From the NCBI GenBank assembly GCA_012797605.1, contig JAAZOT010000053.1:280-64279 (forward strand): a DNA stretch of 64,000 nucleotides, in the 5' to 3' direction. The notes below the pieces were generated by a model. It saw only the letters and a program-made list of their open reading frames with translations. It was not told where the DNA came from and made no database searches. Positions 30,344-40,111 of the stretch are shown here, one piece after another. Both the position numbers and the translations under genes were made by a program. Origin of the DNA: Spirochaetales bacterium. GTDB lineage: Bacteria; Spirochaetota; JAAYUW01. The stretch's first letter is position 1. Every line of letters starts with the position of its first letter.

Positions 30344-30634
30344 TTAATCCTTACTCGTAATATTTTTTATTTTTTCTATAATCTGAGTTATTATATTTTC
30401 ATTTTCTGTAGAATTATTATTATCAAGTTCCTCTTTCATTTTGATATTTTCATTCAAAAGGTTTATAGAAAGAAATACTAAAAGCTTTATGGTATCAGAT
30501 TCACCTGTTTCATTTTTAAGTATTTCTATTTTTTCCTTAAATTTTTGTGCAAGATCCTTGAGTTTTTCATCATCATCTTTCTCTGAGATAAACTGAAAGT
30601 CTCTATTAAAAATAGAAAATGTAACCCTACCCAA
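30344..30634 (-). CDS. zapA: Cell division protein ZapA
   Basis: RVTFSIFNRDF N-terminal strands and KLLVFLSINL helix followed by a coiled coil; typical position. Confidence 0.8.
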   Translation of the reverse strand: MGRVTFSIFNRDFQFISEKDDDEKLKDLAQKFKEKIEILKNETGESDTIKLLVFLSINLLNENIKMKEELDNNNSTENENIITQIIEKIKNITSKD

Positions 30635-30671
30635 AGTTATAGTCCTTAGAGTTTTTTAATAAGTAAAGCTT

Positions 30672-30941
30672 TTAATACTCTTCATCAATTTTCTTTTTAT
30701 CGATATCAATATCTTCAATCGTACTGTTATAGATTGGAAGCTCATTAAACAAATTATTAAAATGTTCTACTTTACTAATTAAATCAGCAAGTTCACTCTT
30801 TAAATAAGAAATTTGCTCTTCTTTATTGTGGATCATGTTTTCAAGTCTCTTGATCTTTTCTTCCTGATCTTTTACTTTTTCTATCAGTTTTTCAACTTCA
30901 ACATATAAAGAATTAATTATATCTTGTTTCATAAAATTCAT
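30672..30941 (-). CDS. ZapB-like coiled-coil protein
   Basis: 89-aa all-coiled-coil ORF between rplT and zapA. Confidence 0.6.
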   Translation of the reverse strand: MNFMKQDIINSLYVEVEKLIEKVKDQEEKIKRLENMIHNKEEQISYLKSELADLISKVEHFNNLFNELPIYNSTIEDIDIDKKKIDEEY

Positions 30942-30976
30942 TACAATTTAATTATAAGACAAAATTATAAAAAATC

Positions 30977-31011
30977 AAAAAAAAAGGGCATCCTAAAAAT
31001 TAGGAAGCCCT
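30977..31011 (-). terminator. Intrinsic terminator after rplT
   Basis: Minus strand AGGGC-T-TCCTAA-TTT-TTAGGA-T-GCCCT followed by a T run. Confidence 0.8.
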
Positions 31012-31033
31012 AAAATAATAAGTTAAACTCTCA

Positions 31034-31378
31034 CTATCTCACAACTTCGATAATCTTTGCAAAAGCTTCAGGGTCTTCAAGGGCAATATTCGAAAGCACT
31101 TTTCTATTGAGCTTAATATTTTTTGTATTTAATTTGTGGATAAAAGTAGAATAATTCAATCCATATGGACGAACAGCTGCATTAATTCTAATATTCCATA
31201 CAGATCTAAAATCAGATTTCTTTTTCTTTCTATCTCTATAAGAATAATACAAACTCTTTAAAATCTGGGTTTTTGCTATTCTATATAAATTTTTTCTTTT
31301 TCCCCAGTATCCCTTTGTCATCTTTAATAATTTTTTTCTTGCTTTTCTAGCAGCGACTGCAAATCTAACTCTTGCCAT
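31034..31378 (-). CDS. rplT: 50S ribosomal protein L20
   Basis: MARVR, KGYWG, YRDRKKKKSDFRSVWNIRINAA and LNRKVLS. Confidence 0.97.
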   Translation of the reverse strand: MARVRFAVAARKARKKLLKMTKGYWGKRKNLYRIAKTQILKSLYYSYRDRKKKKSDFRSVWNIRINAAVRPYGLNYSTFIHKLNTKNIKLNRKVLSNIALEDPEAFAKIIEVVR

Positions 31379-31389
31379 TTTTATTCTCC

Positions 31390-31590
31390 TTATAGACCAT
31401 ATGGTAAGCCAATTTCAATTCTTTTCTGTTCTGAAGGTGTTATTACTGTAAGTTTTCTCAACTTTCTTATTCTTTTTCCATTTTTCTTGGTAAGAATATG
31501 ATTTTTATTTGTGTGTTTTCTCATCAATTTACCACTTGCTGTCATCTTAAATCTTTTCTTGATAGCTGATTTTGTCTTAAGTTTTGGCAT
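31390..31590 (-). CDS. rpmI: 50S ribosomal protein L35
   Basis: MPKLKTKSAIKKRFKMTASGK and HILTKK; GGAG precedes ATG 31590. Confidence 0.96.
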   Translation of the reverse strand: MPKLKTKSAIKKRFKMTASGKLMRKHTNKNHILTKKNGKRIRKLRKLTVITPSEQKRIEIGLPYGL

Positions 31591-31622
31591 ATATATCTCC
31601 ATAATTAAAAATTATTTTATCT

Positions 31623-32159
31623 TTATTTTTTCTTTCCAACCATCATCATGGTTAAAAATTTACCTTCTATGTAGGGTTTTTTTTCACAGATTGCAATATC
31701 TTCCATTTCTTTAATTATATTTTCAAAAAGTTGAACTCCAACATCAGAATGAACTATCTCTCTTCCTCTAAATCTTAATTTAAAAAGGACTTTATTACCT
31801 TCTTCAATAAATTCCTTAGCTTTTTTTAATTTAACTTCTATATCATGCTTTTCTATTGTAGCAGTGAAACGGATTTCTTTTATTTCAACTTGTTTCTGGT
31901 TCTTCTTGGCTTCTTTTGCTTTTCTCTCTCTTTCGAACCTAAATTTCCCAAAATCTATAATTTTACAAACAGGTGGCTCGGCGTTTGGAGAGATTTCAAC
32001 TAAATCTAAGCCTTTTTCGTAAGCTAATTCTATAGCCTTTTTAACTGGCAAAACTCCAAGTTGTTCGCCCGATTCAGTAATAACTCTAACTTCTTTTGCA
32101 GTAATCTCCTCATTCTTACGAATATCATACTGCTTAACTGGGGGTCTTCTTCTGTCTAT
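31623..32159 (-). CDS. infC: Translation initiation factor IF-3 with a non-canonical ATA start
   Basis: The frame extends 36 codons beyond the track ORF to an ATA 6 nt after AGGAG, adding IDRRRPPVKQYDIRKNEEITAKEVRVI; also DLVEISPNAEPPVCKIIDFGKF and FRGRE. Confidence 0.93.
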   Translation of the reverse strand: MDRRRPPVKQYDIRKNEEITAKEVRVITESGEQLGVLPVKKAIELAYEKGLDLVEISPNAEPPVCKIIDFGKFRFERERKAKEAKKNQKQVEIKEIRFTATIEKHDIEVKLKKAKEFIEEGNKVLFKLRFRGREIVHSDVGVQLFENIIKEMEDIAICEKKPYIEGKFLTMMMVGKKK

Positions 32160-32290
32160 ATTAAGCTCCTTTTTATATTGATACGGAAAGAATATTTACC
32201 ATAGGAAATAAATAAGTCAATATAATTAAATAAGTTTAATCTTTTATTTTAAAATCATTTTAAATTATTAATATTTTATATTATAAAGTC

Positions 32291-33334
32291 TTATTCTGGA
32301 TACAATACAACCTTAACTGCCTCACCTTTTTTAAGCAATTTAATTCCTTCTTCAAATTTACTTAAAGGAAATTTATGAGTAACAAGTTTAGATAAATCAA
32401 TCCTTTTATTCTCAAGCAAAGATTTAATCTGATACCAGGTTTGGAACATAAGCCTTCCAGTTATTCCATGTATATCAAGCCCCTTAAATATTACATCATT
32501 ATTCAATTTTATAACTGGATCAGAATCAAAGACACCTAAAAGTGATACTCTTCCTCTTTTTTTCATGGAAGAGAGTAATGTTTCTAAAGCAGATTCTTTT
32601 CCAGACATTTCTAATCCAACATCGACACCAAGGCCATCCGTTAGATCTTTAACAAATTCCAAAACATTTTCTTTGGTAGGATCTAAAACAAAGCTGGCTC
32701 CCATTTCTTTTGCAAGATTTTTTCTTAACTCTGAAACTTCTGTTACTATTATCTTACCTGCCCCACATGCTCTTGCTACTGCTATTGCCATAAGCCCTAT
32801 TGGGCCTGCACCTGTTATCAGAACATCTTTAGCTGCAATATCCCCAGATAAAACTGTATAAACAGCATTTCCTAAAGGTTCCTGAATTGATGCTATCTCT
32901 ATTGGTAAATCGGTTGGGTTTTTCCAAGCATTTTCTTCAGGAATAACAAGGTAATTTGTAAATGCACCATCGGTATGAACACCAATAATCTTCATATTCT
33001 GACAGATGTGTTTATTTCCTGTTTTACACATATAACAAGTTCCGCATGCTATATGAGTCTCAGCAGAAACATAGTCTCCAACCTTTAAACTTGTCACATC
33101 TTTTCCAATCTCAACAACTTCTGCGGCAAACTCATGACCTATTACTCTTGGGGGTTTTATGTTGACTTTTGACCAATCATTCCAGTCATATATATGCAAA
33201 TCTGTACCACATATAGAAGCTGCCTTTACTTTTAATAAGACTTCTTTGGGTCCAACTTTATCTGGTATTGGTACATCTTTTATAACTAATCCTGCTTCAG
33301 GATTTTCTTTAACTATAGCCTTCTGTGTGCCCAT
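32291..33334 (-). CDS. tdh: L-threonine 3-dehydrogenase
   Basis: ICGTDLHIY, GHEFAAEV, VSAETHIACGTCYMC, GAGPIG and GITGRLMFQTW. Confidence 0.95.
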   Translation of the reverse strand: MGTQKAIVKENPEAGLVIKDVPIPDKVGPKEVLLKVKAASICGTDLHIYDWNDWSKVNIKPPRVIGHEFAAEVVEIGKDVTSLKVGDYVSAETHIACGTCYMCKTGNKHICQNMKIIGVHTDGAFTNYLVIPEENAWKNPTDLPIEIASIQEPLGNAVYTVLSGDIAAKDVLITGAGPIGLMAIAVARACGAGKIIVTEVSELRKNLAKEMGASFVLDPTKENVLEFVKDLTDGLGVDVGLEMSGKESALETLLSSMKKRGRVSLLGVFDSDPVIKLNNDVIFKGLDIHGITGRLMFQTWYQIKSLLENKRIDLSKLVTHKFPLSKFEEGIKLLKKGEAVKVVLYPE

Positions 33335-33382
33335 ATAACCTCCATTAAATAAAAAATATTAATTCTATAAAAATATATGATT

Positions 33383-34564
33383 TTACTTGATAATATTTAA
33401 TTCTTTACCTATTTCTTTAAATACTTTTATCGCATAATCTAAATCTTCTTTAGAATGAACAGCATGAACCATCACTCGAATTCTTGCTTTACCAATCGGA
33501 ACAGTTGGATAACCTATTGCTTGGGCAAAAATTCCTTTTTCGAAGAGTTTAGAGGAAAATTCCCTTGCAATTTTCACATCACCTAAAATAACTGGTGTTA
33601 TTGGAGTTTGAGTTTTACCAATATCAAAACCAGACTCTTTCATCTTCGATTGGAAATATCTAGCATTGTCCCATAATTTTTCAACAAGAGAAGAAGATGA
33701 TTTCAAAATATCAACTGCTTTTATTGCAGCACCGACATCTGCCAATGTAACAGAGGAAGAAAATAAAAATGGTCTAACTTTTTGTTTTAAGTATTCGATT
33801 AGTTTATTACTACCAGCAGCAAATCCTCCAACTATACCAAAAGCCTTAGATAATGTTCCGACTTCGACATCTACAATGCCATGTAATTTGAAATGGTCGA
33901 CAATTCCGGCTCCATTTGTTCCAAGAACTCCTTCTCCATGTGCGTCATCAACATAAATCATACAACCATGCTTCTTAGCGACTTCTGTTAAATCAGCAAG
34001 AGGTGCTATATCACCATCCATTGAGAAAACTCCATCTGTTATGATAAGCTTTCTGCAGTTTTTACTATTATACTCTTTTAATTTGTTTTCTAAATCTTTT
34101 GGATCTGCATGATTAAATCTAATAATAGAAGCCTTAGAAAGTCTACACCCATCAATAATTGAAGCATGGTTCAATTCATCTGAAAAAATAAGATCATCCT
34201 CTCCAACAAGAGTTGGTATGACACCTAAATTTGCGCAAAATCCACTCTGTAAATGAATTGTAGCCTCAACATGTTTGAATTCTGCTAATTTTTTCTCAAG
34301 TTCAAGATGTTTATCGGTAGTACCAGCAATAGACCTAACAGCTGCAGGACCGACTCCATATTTATCTATCATTTCTTTTGCCGCTTCTTTTAACTCTTTT
34401 TTATTAGCAAGACCAAGATAATTATTTGTGCACATGTCTAAGACTTTTTTTCCATTTACTATAGTAGTCGAAGAGAGTTCATCTGAAATAGTTCTGATGG
34501 TGTTATAAAGTCCCGATTCTTTTAATTTACTTAATTCTTCATCTATGAATTTCATATTATCCAT
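33383..34564 (-). CDS. kbl: Glycine C-acetyltransferase (2-amino-3-ketobutyrate CoA ligase)
   Basis: [41 protein letters not shown] and ARIRV; adjacent to tdh. GGAGG precedes ATG 34564. Confidence 0.93.
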   Translation of the reverse strand: MDNMKFIDEELSKLKESGLYNTIRTISDELSSTTIVNGKKVLDMCTNNYLGLANKKELKEAAKEMIDKYGVGPAAVRSIAGTTDKHLELEKKLAEFKHVEATIHLQSGFCANLGVIPTLVGEDDLIFSDELNHASIIDGCRLSKASIIRFNHADPKDLENKLKEYNSKNCRKLIITDGVFSMDGDIAPLADLTEVAKKHGCMIYVDDAHGEGVLGTNGAGIVDHFKLHGIVDVEVGTLSKAFGIVGGFAAGSNKLIEYLKQKVRPFLFSSSVTLADVGAAIKAVDILKSSSSLVEKLWDNARYFQSKMKESGFDIGKTQTPITPVILGDVKIAREFSSKLFEKGIFAQAIGYPTVPIGKARIRVMVHAVHSKEDLDYAIKVFKEIGKELNIIK

Positions 34565-34648
34565 ATTGCCTCCGGCAAGATTTCCTCTTTTCTCAAAAAT
34601 GATATAAAGATTTTTCAAATTTGCAATAAAATTTTGTTTTGCTTAATC

Positions 34649-34676
34649 TTGAAAATCAAATATTATGCTATATAAT
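34649..34676 (+). promoter_or_regulatory. Candidate promoter for the giant HEAT-protein operon
   Basis: TTGAAA-16 nt-TATAAT. Confidence 0.45.
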
Positions 34677-34687
34677 CACCATAGAGC

Positions 34688-34832
34688 TTTTTGTTATTCT
34701 TATCTTTTGTTATTTTTATTATTTTTTGTTTTTACTAATTTTTACTATTTGTTTTTTTTATTATTTTGATTTTTTTGCTATTTGTCTTTTTATTATTTTA
34801 TTTATTTTTCTTATTTGATTTTTATATTTTAA
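34688..34832. repeat. T-rich low-complexity tract
   Basis: About 145 nt dominated by T runs with almost no G or C. Confidence 0.7.
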
Positions 34833-34870
34833 ATGACATTGAAACGAATTTTACTTAAAGAGGAAGAATC

Positions 34871-37800
34871 TTGGAAAATAAAATTAAAATAATTTTTTTA
34901 TTTATCTTTTTATCTATTTTAATACAGGTAAGTACAGACAAAACTTTTTCTCAAGGCACTTTAATTCCAATAAATGAATTTCAGCAATATTCAGCTGATA
35001 AGAAAATTTCTTACTTGAAAGATGCTATTCCAAAATTTATTTATGAATTAAAGTTAATTTATTATATAACTCTGACAGATAAACCAAAGGATTTATTTTC
35101 TTTATGGGAAAATTCTGTTAAAAAAAGTCAAATATCTAATTCTGAAGAAACCATTTTGAAAAAGCAATATTCTTTGCTTACCATTTATACTTTTCAAGAA
35201 AAATTAACTTACATCGAAAGAAATTTTGCGACATTAAATAAACAGGAAGATTGTCCAATAGAAATAAAATTTATTAGATCAATATACTTTCTCTACTATA
35301 GATTTGAAAATTCAAATGAATACCTAGAATCAAAAAATTATATAGAACAATTTCTTTTAGAAAATAAAATGATTGCTTCTTATTTTATAAATTATACAAA
35401 TCTAGATAAAATTCAAATAATAATATCTTCAAATTTTGATCAATTTATTGAAATATTTTCTAATGAATTGCTAATCTCAAAAATTAAAACTATAAGATCC
35501 GAAGAATTAAAAAAAGAACTTATTTCTAAAATAATAGTTAAGAAACCTTCTTTTATTTCTGATCAGTTAGAAACACTTCTAATGACTAGTTCAAATGATT
35601 TTAATTCCTTTTTAATATATGAGATAGCCAATAATTTTAATAGATTTAATAAATCTGAACGGGATAATATCAAGAATCAATTTCAAAAACTTTTACAAAA
35701 AAATTCATCTTCGATAATTCATAAAGCAATTTATTTTTATTTTTCCAAAGCCGAATCATCCTTTTATATTGAACAATTTAGAGCTTTTTATAAGAAAGAA
35801 TCAAATCTTTTGAAGAAAGAATTGATTATTTATCTATTACAGATCAATAATCTTTTCATATATAAAACTATTTTATTAACATATATAAATGAGAGCGATA
35901 ACTGGATTAAAGACATAATATTTAAAGAAATTGCAGGACATATTCTAGAAAAAAATATTCCATCAGATATGGCTCTTGAATTTTTAAAGCAATTTCAACA
36001 AATTCAGGAAGATAGATTTATAAAATTAAAAACTTCATTTCTCTTTTATTTAAAACCAGATGACAAAATTAACCAGGAAATAAGATTTTTAGCATTAACA
36101 AGCATAGATAAAAATTTTATAAATGAGATCGATGATACTTTTTCAAAATATCTTGTTTATGAAAAAAATTTTGAAATATTCAAAAAGGCCATTCAAATTA
36201 CAATCAATCATAATAAAAAAGATATTTTGATTAATTTTACTTCCCTAATTACTGCAAAACAAATTGATCCAAATGATTATCTCAAATTGCCAGATTATTA
36301 CAACTTTTTATGTAACATTTTCCTCTTTGGAATTACTGAATCTTCATATAAAAATATTTTGACTTTCTACTTCCCTCTTTTAAGGACTATAAATGAAAAA
36401 AAGATTCAGTTTGATGAAAATAAATTAAAAGAACTTTACATAAACCTTGATGGTTTGTTTTCAAAAATAGCATATTCTTTTCTTGCTTATGATAATAGTA
36501 CAACTGAATTACGATTAAGGCTTTTTTCATGGGCAGATAGATACTCACTTGATATTGTTACAAATATACTTTTGACTTTAGAAACTGATAATAAATTGTT
36601 AGAAGAGTATGTTAATACAATTGATAAATACCACCCAAGAGAATCAATAGTCAAGGGTTTATTAAATGTGGTTATAAAAAACGCAAGTTTAAATGATAAA
36701 ATAGTAAATATATTATTGAAACTAATAGAAAAAAATAAAATATATGATCCTTTTTTGACAAACCTTGATGAAAATATAAGCAAAAATAAAAATATAGTTT
36801 CACTAATAAACCTATTTTTTCAAAAATCATCTTTTTTCAATTATATATATTCTGTAAATTTAATATTTAAAGACCCAAATCCGGAGAGTTTAAATATTTT
36901 ATATGACCTTTTTAGATTTATACTTAATAATAATTCTAATGAAAAAAATAAAAATGAGATCTTCCCTTTTCTTATAGGTTATCCTAAAATTCGACCTATA
37001 ATCTATAAGCTTTTTACTGATAATTCAATAGAAAAAACAAAAAAATTGGCAATAATAGAATTATTTGGCGAACCAGAGTTTTCTGAATCTGCTTCATCTC
37101 TTATTTTTCTTCTATCTAAAGAAGATATAAAATCTTCTTCCAAGGTTATAGAGATTATTGGTAAGATGAATAATCCAGAGAAATTTCTTCTGGTTAAGGA
37201 GTTTGTAGAAGATTCATACGATAAAAAGGAAATCCAACTTCAATTTGCAAGATCATCGATTTCTTGCATGAGTCATGATTTAATACCATATCTTATCAGA
37301 CTCACAGATTACAAAGATACAGAAGTAAAAGAAGCAGCACTTACTGCCTTGGGCTATCTCCCTGCTTCAGAAACATTGCCAGTCCTTTTCAATGAATATT
37401 TAAGTAGTAAAAATCCAGATAAACTATACAGTTATTATAAAAACTCAAATATGGAATTAAAAAAGTATTGGATAGATTTTTTAAGCAATAAGATAGAAGA
37501 AAATAAATTTTTAGATTTAGTTATTAAAGGTGTTTATCCATATAAATCTTATAAATTTGATGATATTTTACTTGAAAAATTATTATCTTTTACCTCAAAA
37601 CCTTTCTATCTTTCTACAGTGTTATCAAATATAAAGGCTATCCCAAATTCTCAAACAGAAGATACTTTAATGTTGACTCCATTTTTATTTATTTCTGATG
37701 AATCCTCTTACTCTATAAGATTTTTAAAACTCATCTCCAAATTGAAAAATTATGAACTTGCTCATTATGCTATTCTATCAAAAAACTTAGAAACATTAGA

Positions 37801-40111
37801 TTATTTTTTCTCTATTTCAGGAAATTTTGAGCAAGTTAGCTATGTCTCACTTTTTGATTTCCTTTCCAAATATCTTGGAAATGAAGGTTTAAAAAGACTA
37901 ATCCCAGTTATAACAAAGTATTCTAAATCAATAGGAATAGATAATAGTGTCGATTTTTTCTTAAGAGTTAGCGATATTGATGATAGTTATAAAATACTCT
38001 TTTCTCTTTATCCATTATATTTAAATTTTGAAAATTGTAGAAAAATTCTTGAAAAAGATTTTTCCCTTTTGCCAATTGTATTAAAATTAGCAGAAGATGA
38101 TAAAAGGATATATCAACTATTTATTAACCTTATATTCGAAAACAGTATGAATTTTGCTTATAAGTCGTTTGAATATGCTCTATTTTCTTGCAAAGGAACT
38201 TTACCAGATCCCTTGGCTGAATTTACAAATAAATTTATAAATAATGAAAAAAGAGAACAAGTAAAGCAATTAGCTTTATTTTATTTAATAACCAATATAA
38301 AAAATGATTTTATATTTACAGATGAATTTGTGAATTTAATTGTTACTTCTATCTCAATAGATGATGAAAAACATCTATGGGATATTATTGAATCTTGCCA
38401 AAACATTTCCCTACTTAATGAAATACTAGATAAATCTAAATTAAATTTTAAAATTGAAAATTTTGAAATCTTAAAAAGAATTTTGTATTCAAAATCAAGC
38501 ATCTCAAATAGAAACCTTTTATACACTTTGTTTATTAAAGATAAAGATATGTTTTTTCAATACCTTAATTCAATTAATTCCACTATCCTAGATCCATATC
38601 TTTTATCAATAGTAATAAAAAAATCAGAATTTTTGGAATCCACTTCTTTTCATATAATATTAAAATCTATTTTTTCCATTAAAAATGAAGATAAATTCTT
38701 ACAATCCGTTGATAAATCTAGTATTGAAGAAATTATTTATGATTTATTAAAAAAAGGTAATGACAAAATTGATTATCAAGAAGTTATTACTTCCATAAAT
38801 TTTCTTATTGGAAAAATATTAGATATTGAAAATGAAGATATTCAAGATAAAAAAGTGTATCAACGATATAAATATTTTATAGAATCTTTGGCAATTTCTA
38901 AAATATCAGATTATGAGAAAATTAATTATTTAAATAAATTTTTTGAAAAAAGTAAAATTAAAGAGAAAGATCTTTTTGAAATATTAAATGAAATAGAAAT
39001 ATCAAAAGATATAGATGCTAATTCAATATCAAAAATATACTTACTCTTAATTTTTGTAGACAATTGCAAAGATCTTTCTTTTGCGACCCAGAAATATCTT
39101 TCTTATTTAGATATATTTTCAATTCCAGAAAATTTTCTTGAAATAATATTACCTAAACTGGATAATAAAGCTCTCTGTGAATATATTATCAGCAAAAATC
39201 CAGATAATGCAATCTTAAAAAAATTCATAAAAATAGTACCTGAACTTGCTTTGTTAAAGACAGATTCTTTTTCTTTATTTTCTGAAAAGGAAATAGCAGA
39301 TATCTATTTCAACTCGGAAAATATCAAATTTTTATACTTTTTTATTGAGAATTCATCATTTCCAGTAGATAAATTATTCTTATATGCAAAGACCTATGAG
39401 AAAAAGAAAAAACTATCGATTGATTTGATAAATTATTCGAAAGTATTTCCCATATCGAGTGTAAACTTAATGCAAATGATTCAGCAAATACCAAATATTA
39501 AATCAAAAGAGATAAAAACGAATGATTTTCTGATCAATTATAGTTATTTAATTAATCTTTTTATTTATAATTTTTCAAACTATACAGCCATTGAAAAATA
39601 TAATTTACTCAATATTATACTTGATATTATGCCAAAATATTTAGATAAAAGTAAAATCAAAATAGATTTAACTTCCTTTAAAGATGAAGATTTATTAAAT
39701 TTTTATACTTTTATCTTGCAGAGTAGTTATCTTCTTTCAGAAAAAAACCTAGTTTCCTTTATATCTAATTTTGAATTACCAATATATGTTTGTTTTGAAA
39801 ACCTTTTTAATTCAAATTTGGATGATTTGCATGAGATTATATACCAAATAAATGAAGATAAATATATTGAGTTTGATTCAATATTATTTTATCGATCTGT
39901 TTTTGATTTGTTACTAAAGATAACTCAGGAACCAGAAATACTTGAAAAATATATTATAATACCAATAAAAGATAATTTTGAAATATCTAAAATTTTCTGG
40001 GAATCAGTCATAAAATATAGAATACCAAATTTAATCTATATCTTTGATAAGTATTTTGGAGGAATTAAATGGGAAAAAATAAGAGACAATTATTTAAAAC
40101 TTTTCAAATAA
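34871..40111 (+). CDS. Very large exported alpha-solenoid (HEAT-repeat) protein
   Basis: 1746-codon ORF in a very AT-rich genome; TTG start after AGAGGA; signal-like N-terminus; clear HEAT unit LIPYLIRLTDYKDTEVKEAALTALGYLPASETLPVLF. Confidence 0.8.
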   Translation: MENKIKIIFLFIFLSILIQVSTDKTFSQGTLIPINEFQQYSADKKISYLKDAIPKFIYELKLIYYITLTDKPKDLFSLWENSVKKSQISNSEETILKKQYSLLTIYTFQEKLTYIERNFATLNKQEDCPIEIKFIRSIYFLYYRFENSNEYLESKNYIEQFLLENKMIASYFINYTNLDKIQIIISSNFDQFIEIFSNELLISKIKTIRSEELKKELISKIIVKKPSFISDQLETLLMTSSNDFNSFLIYEIANNFNRFNKSERDNIKNQFQKLLQKNSSSIIHKAIYFYFSKAESSFYIEQFRAFYKKESNLLKKELIIYLLQINNLFIYKTILLTYINESDNWIKDIIFKEIAGHILEKNIPSDMALEFLKQFQQIQEDRFIKLKTSFLFYLKPDDKINQEIRFLALTSIDKNFINEIDDTFSKYLVYEKNFEIFKKAIQITINHNKKDILINFTSLITAKQIDPNDYLKLPDYYNFLCNIFLFGITESSYKNILTFYFPLLRTINEKKIQFDENKLKELYINLDGLFSKIAYSFLAYDNSTTELRLRLFSWADRYSLDIVTNILLTLETDNKLLEEYVNTIDKYHPRESIVKGLLNVVIKNASLNDKIVNILLKLIEKNKIYDPFLTNLDENISKNKNIVSLINLFFQKSSFFNYIYSVNLIFKDPNPESLNILYDLFRFILNNNSNEKNKNEIFPFLIGYPKIRPIIYKLFTDNSIEKTKKLAIIELFGEPEFSESASSLIFLLSKEDIKSSSKVIEIIGKMNNPEKFLLVKEFVEDSYDKKEIQLQFARSSISCMSHDLIPYLIRLTDYKDTEVKEAALTALGYLPASETLPVLFNEYLSSKNPDKLYSYYKNSNMELKKYWIDFLSNKIEENKFLDLVIKGVYPYKSYKFDDILLEKLLSFTSKPFYLSTVLSNIKAIPNSQTEDTLMLTPFLFISDESSYSIRFLKLISKLKNYELAHYAILSKNLETLDYFFSISGNFEQVSYVSLFDFLSKYLGNEGLKRLIPVITKYSKSIGIDNSVDFFLRVSDIDDSYKILFSLYPLYLNFENCRKILEKDFSLLPIVLKLAEDDKRIYQLFINLIFENSMNFAYKSFEYALFSCKGTLPDPLAEFTNKFINNEKREQVKQLALFYLITNIKNDFIFTDEFVNLIVTSISIDDEKHLWDIIESCQNISLLNEILDKSKLNFKIENFEILKRILYSKSSISNRNLLYTLFIKDKDMFFQYLNSINSTILDPYLLSIVIKKSEFLESTSFHIILKSIFSIKNEDKFLQSVDKSSIEEIIYDLLKKGNDKIDYQEVITSINFLIGKILDIENEDIQDKKVYQRYKYFIESLAISKISDYEKINYLNKFFEKSKIKEKDLFEILNEIEISKDIDANSISKIYLLLIFVDNCKDLSFATQKYLSYLDIFSIPENFLEIILPKLDNKALCEYIISKNPDNAILKKFIKIVPELALLKTDSFSLFSEKEIADIYFNSENIKFLYFFIENSSFPVDKLFLYAKTYEKKKKLSIDLINYSKVFPISSVNLMQMIQQIPNIKSKEIKTNDFLINYSYLINLFIYNFSNYTAIEKYNLLNIILDIMPKYLDKSKIKIDLTSFKDEDLLNFYTFILQSSYLLSEKNLVSFISNFELPIYVCFENLFNSNLDDLHEIIYQINEDKYIEFDSILFYRSVFDLLLKITQEPEILEKYIIIPIKDNFEISKIFWESVIKYRIPNLIYIFDKYFGGIKWEKIRDNYLKLFK

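Noticed and set aside
30300-30344. 6S RNA downstream of zapA
   Set aside because: deoC begins 2 nt after the zapA stop, leaving no room.
34677-34870. AT-rich tract as a replication origin unwinding element
   Set aside because: No clustered DnaA boxes (TTATCCACA) and no dnaA, dnaN or gidA nearby.
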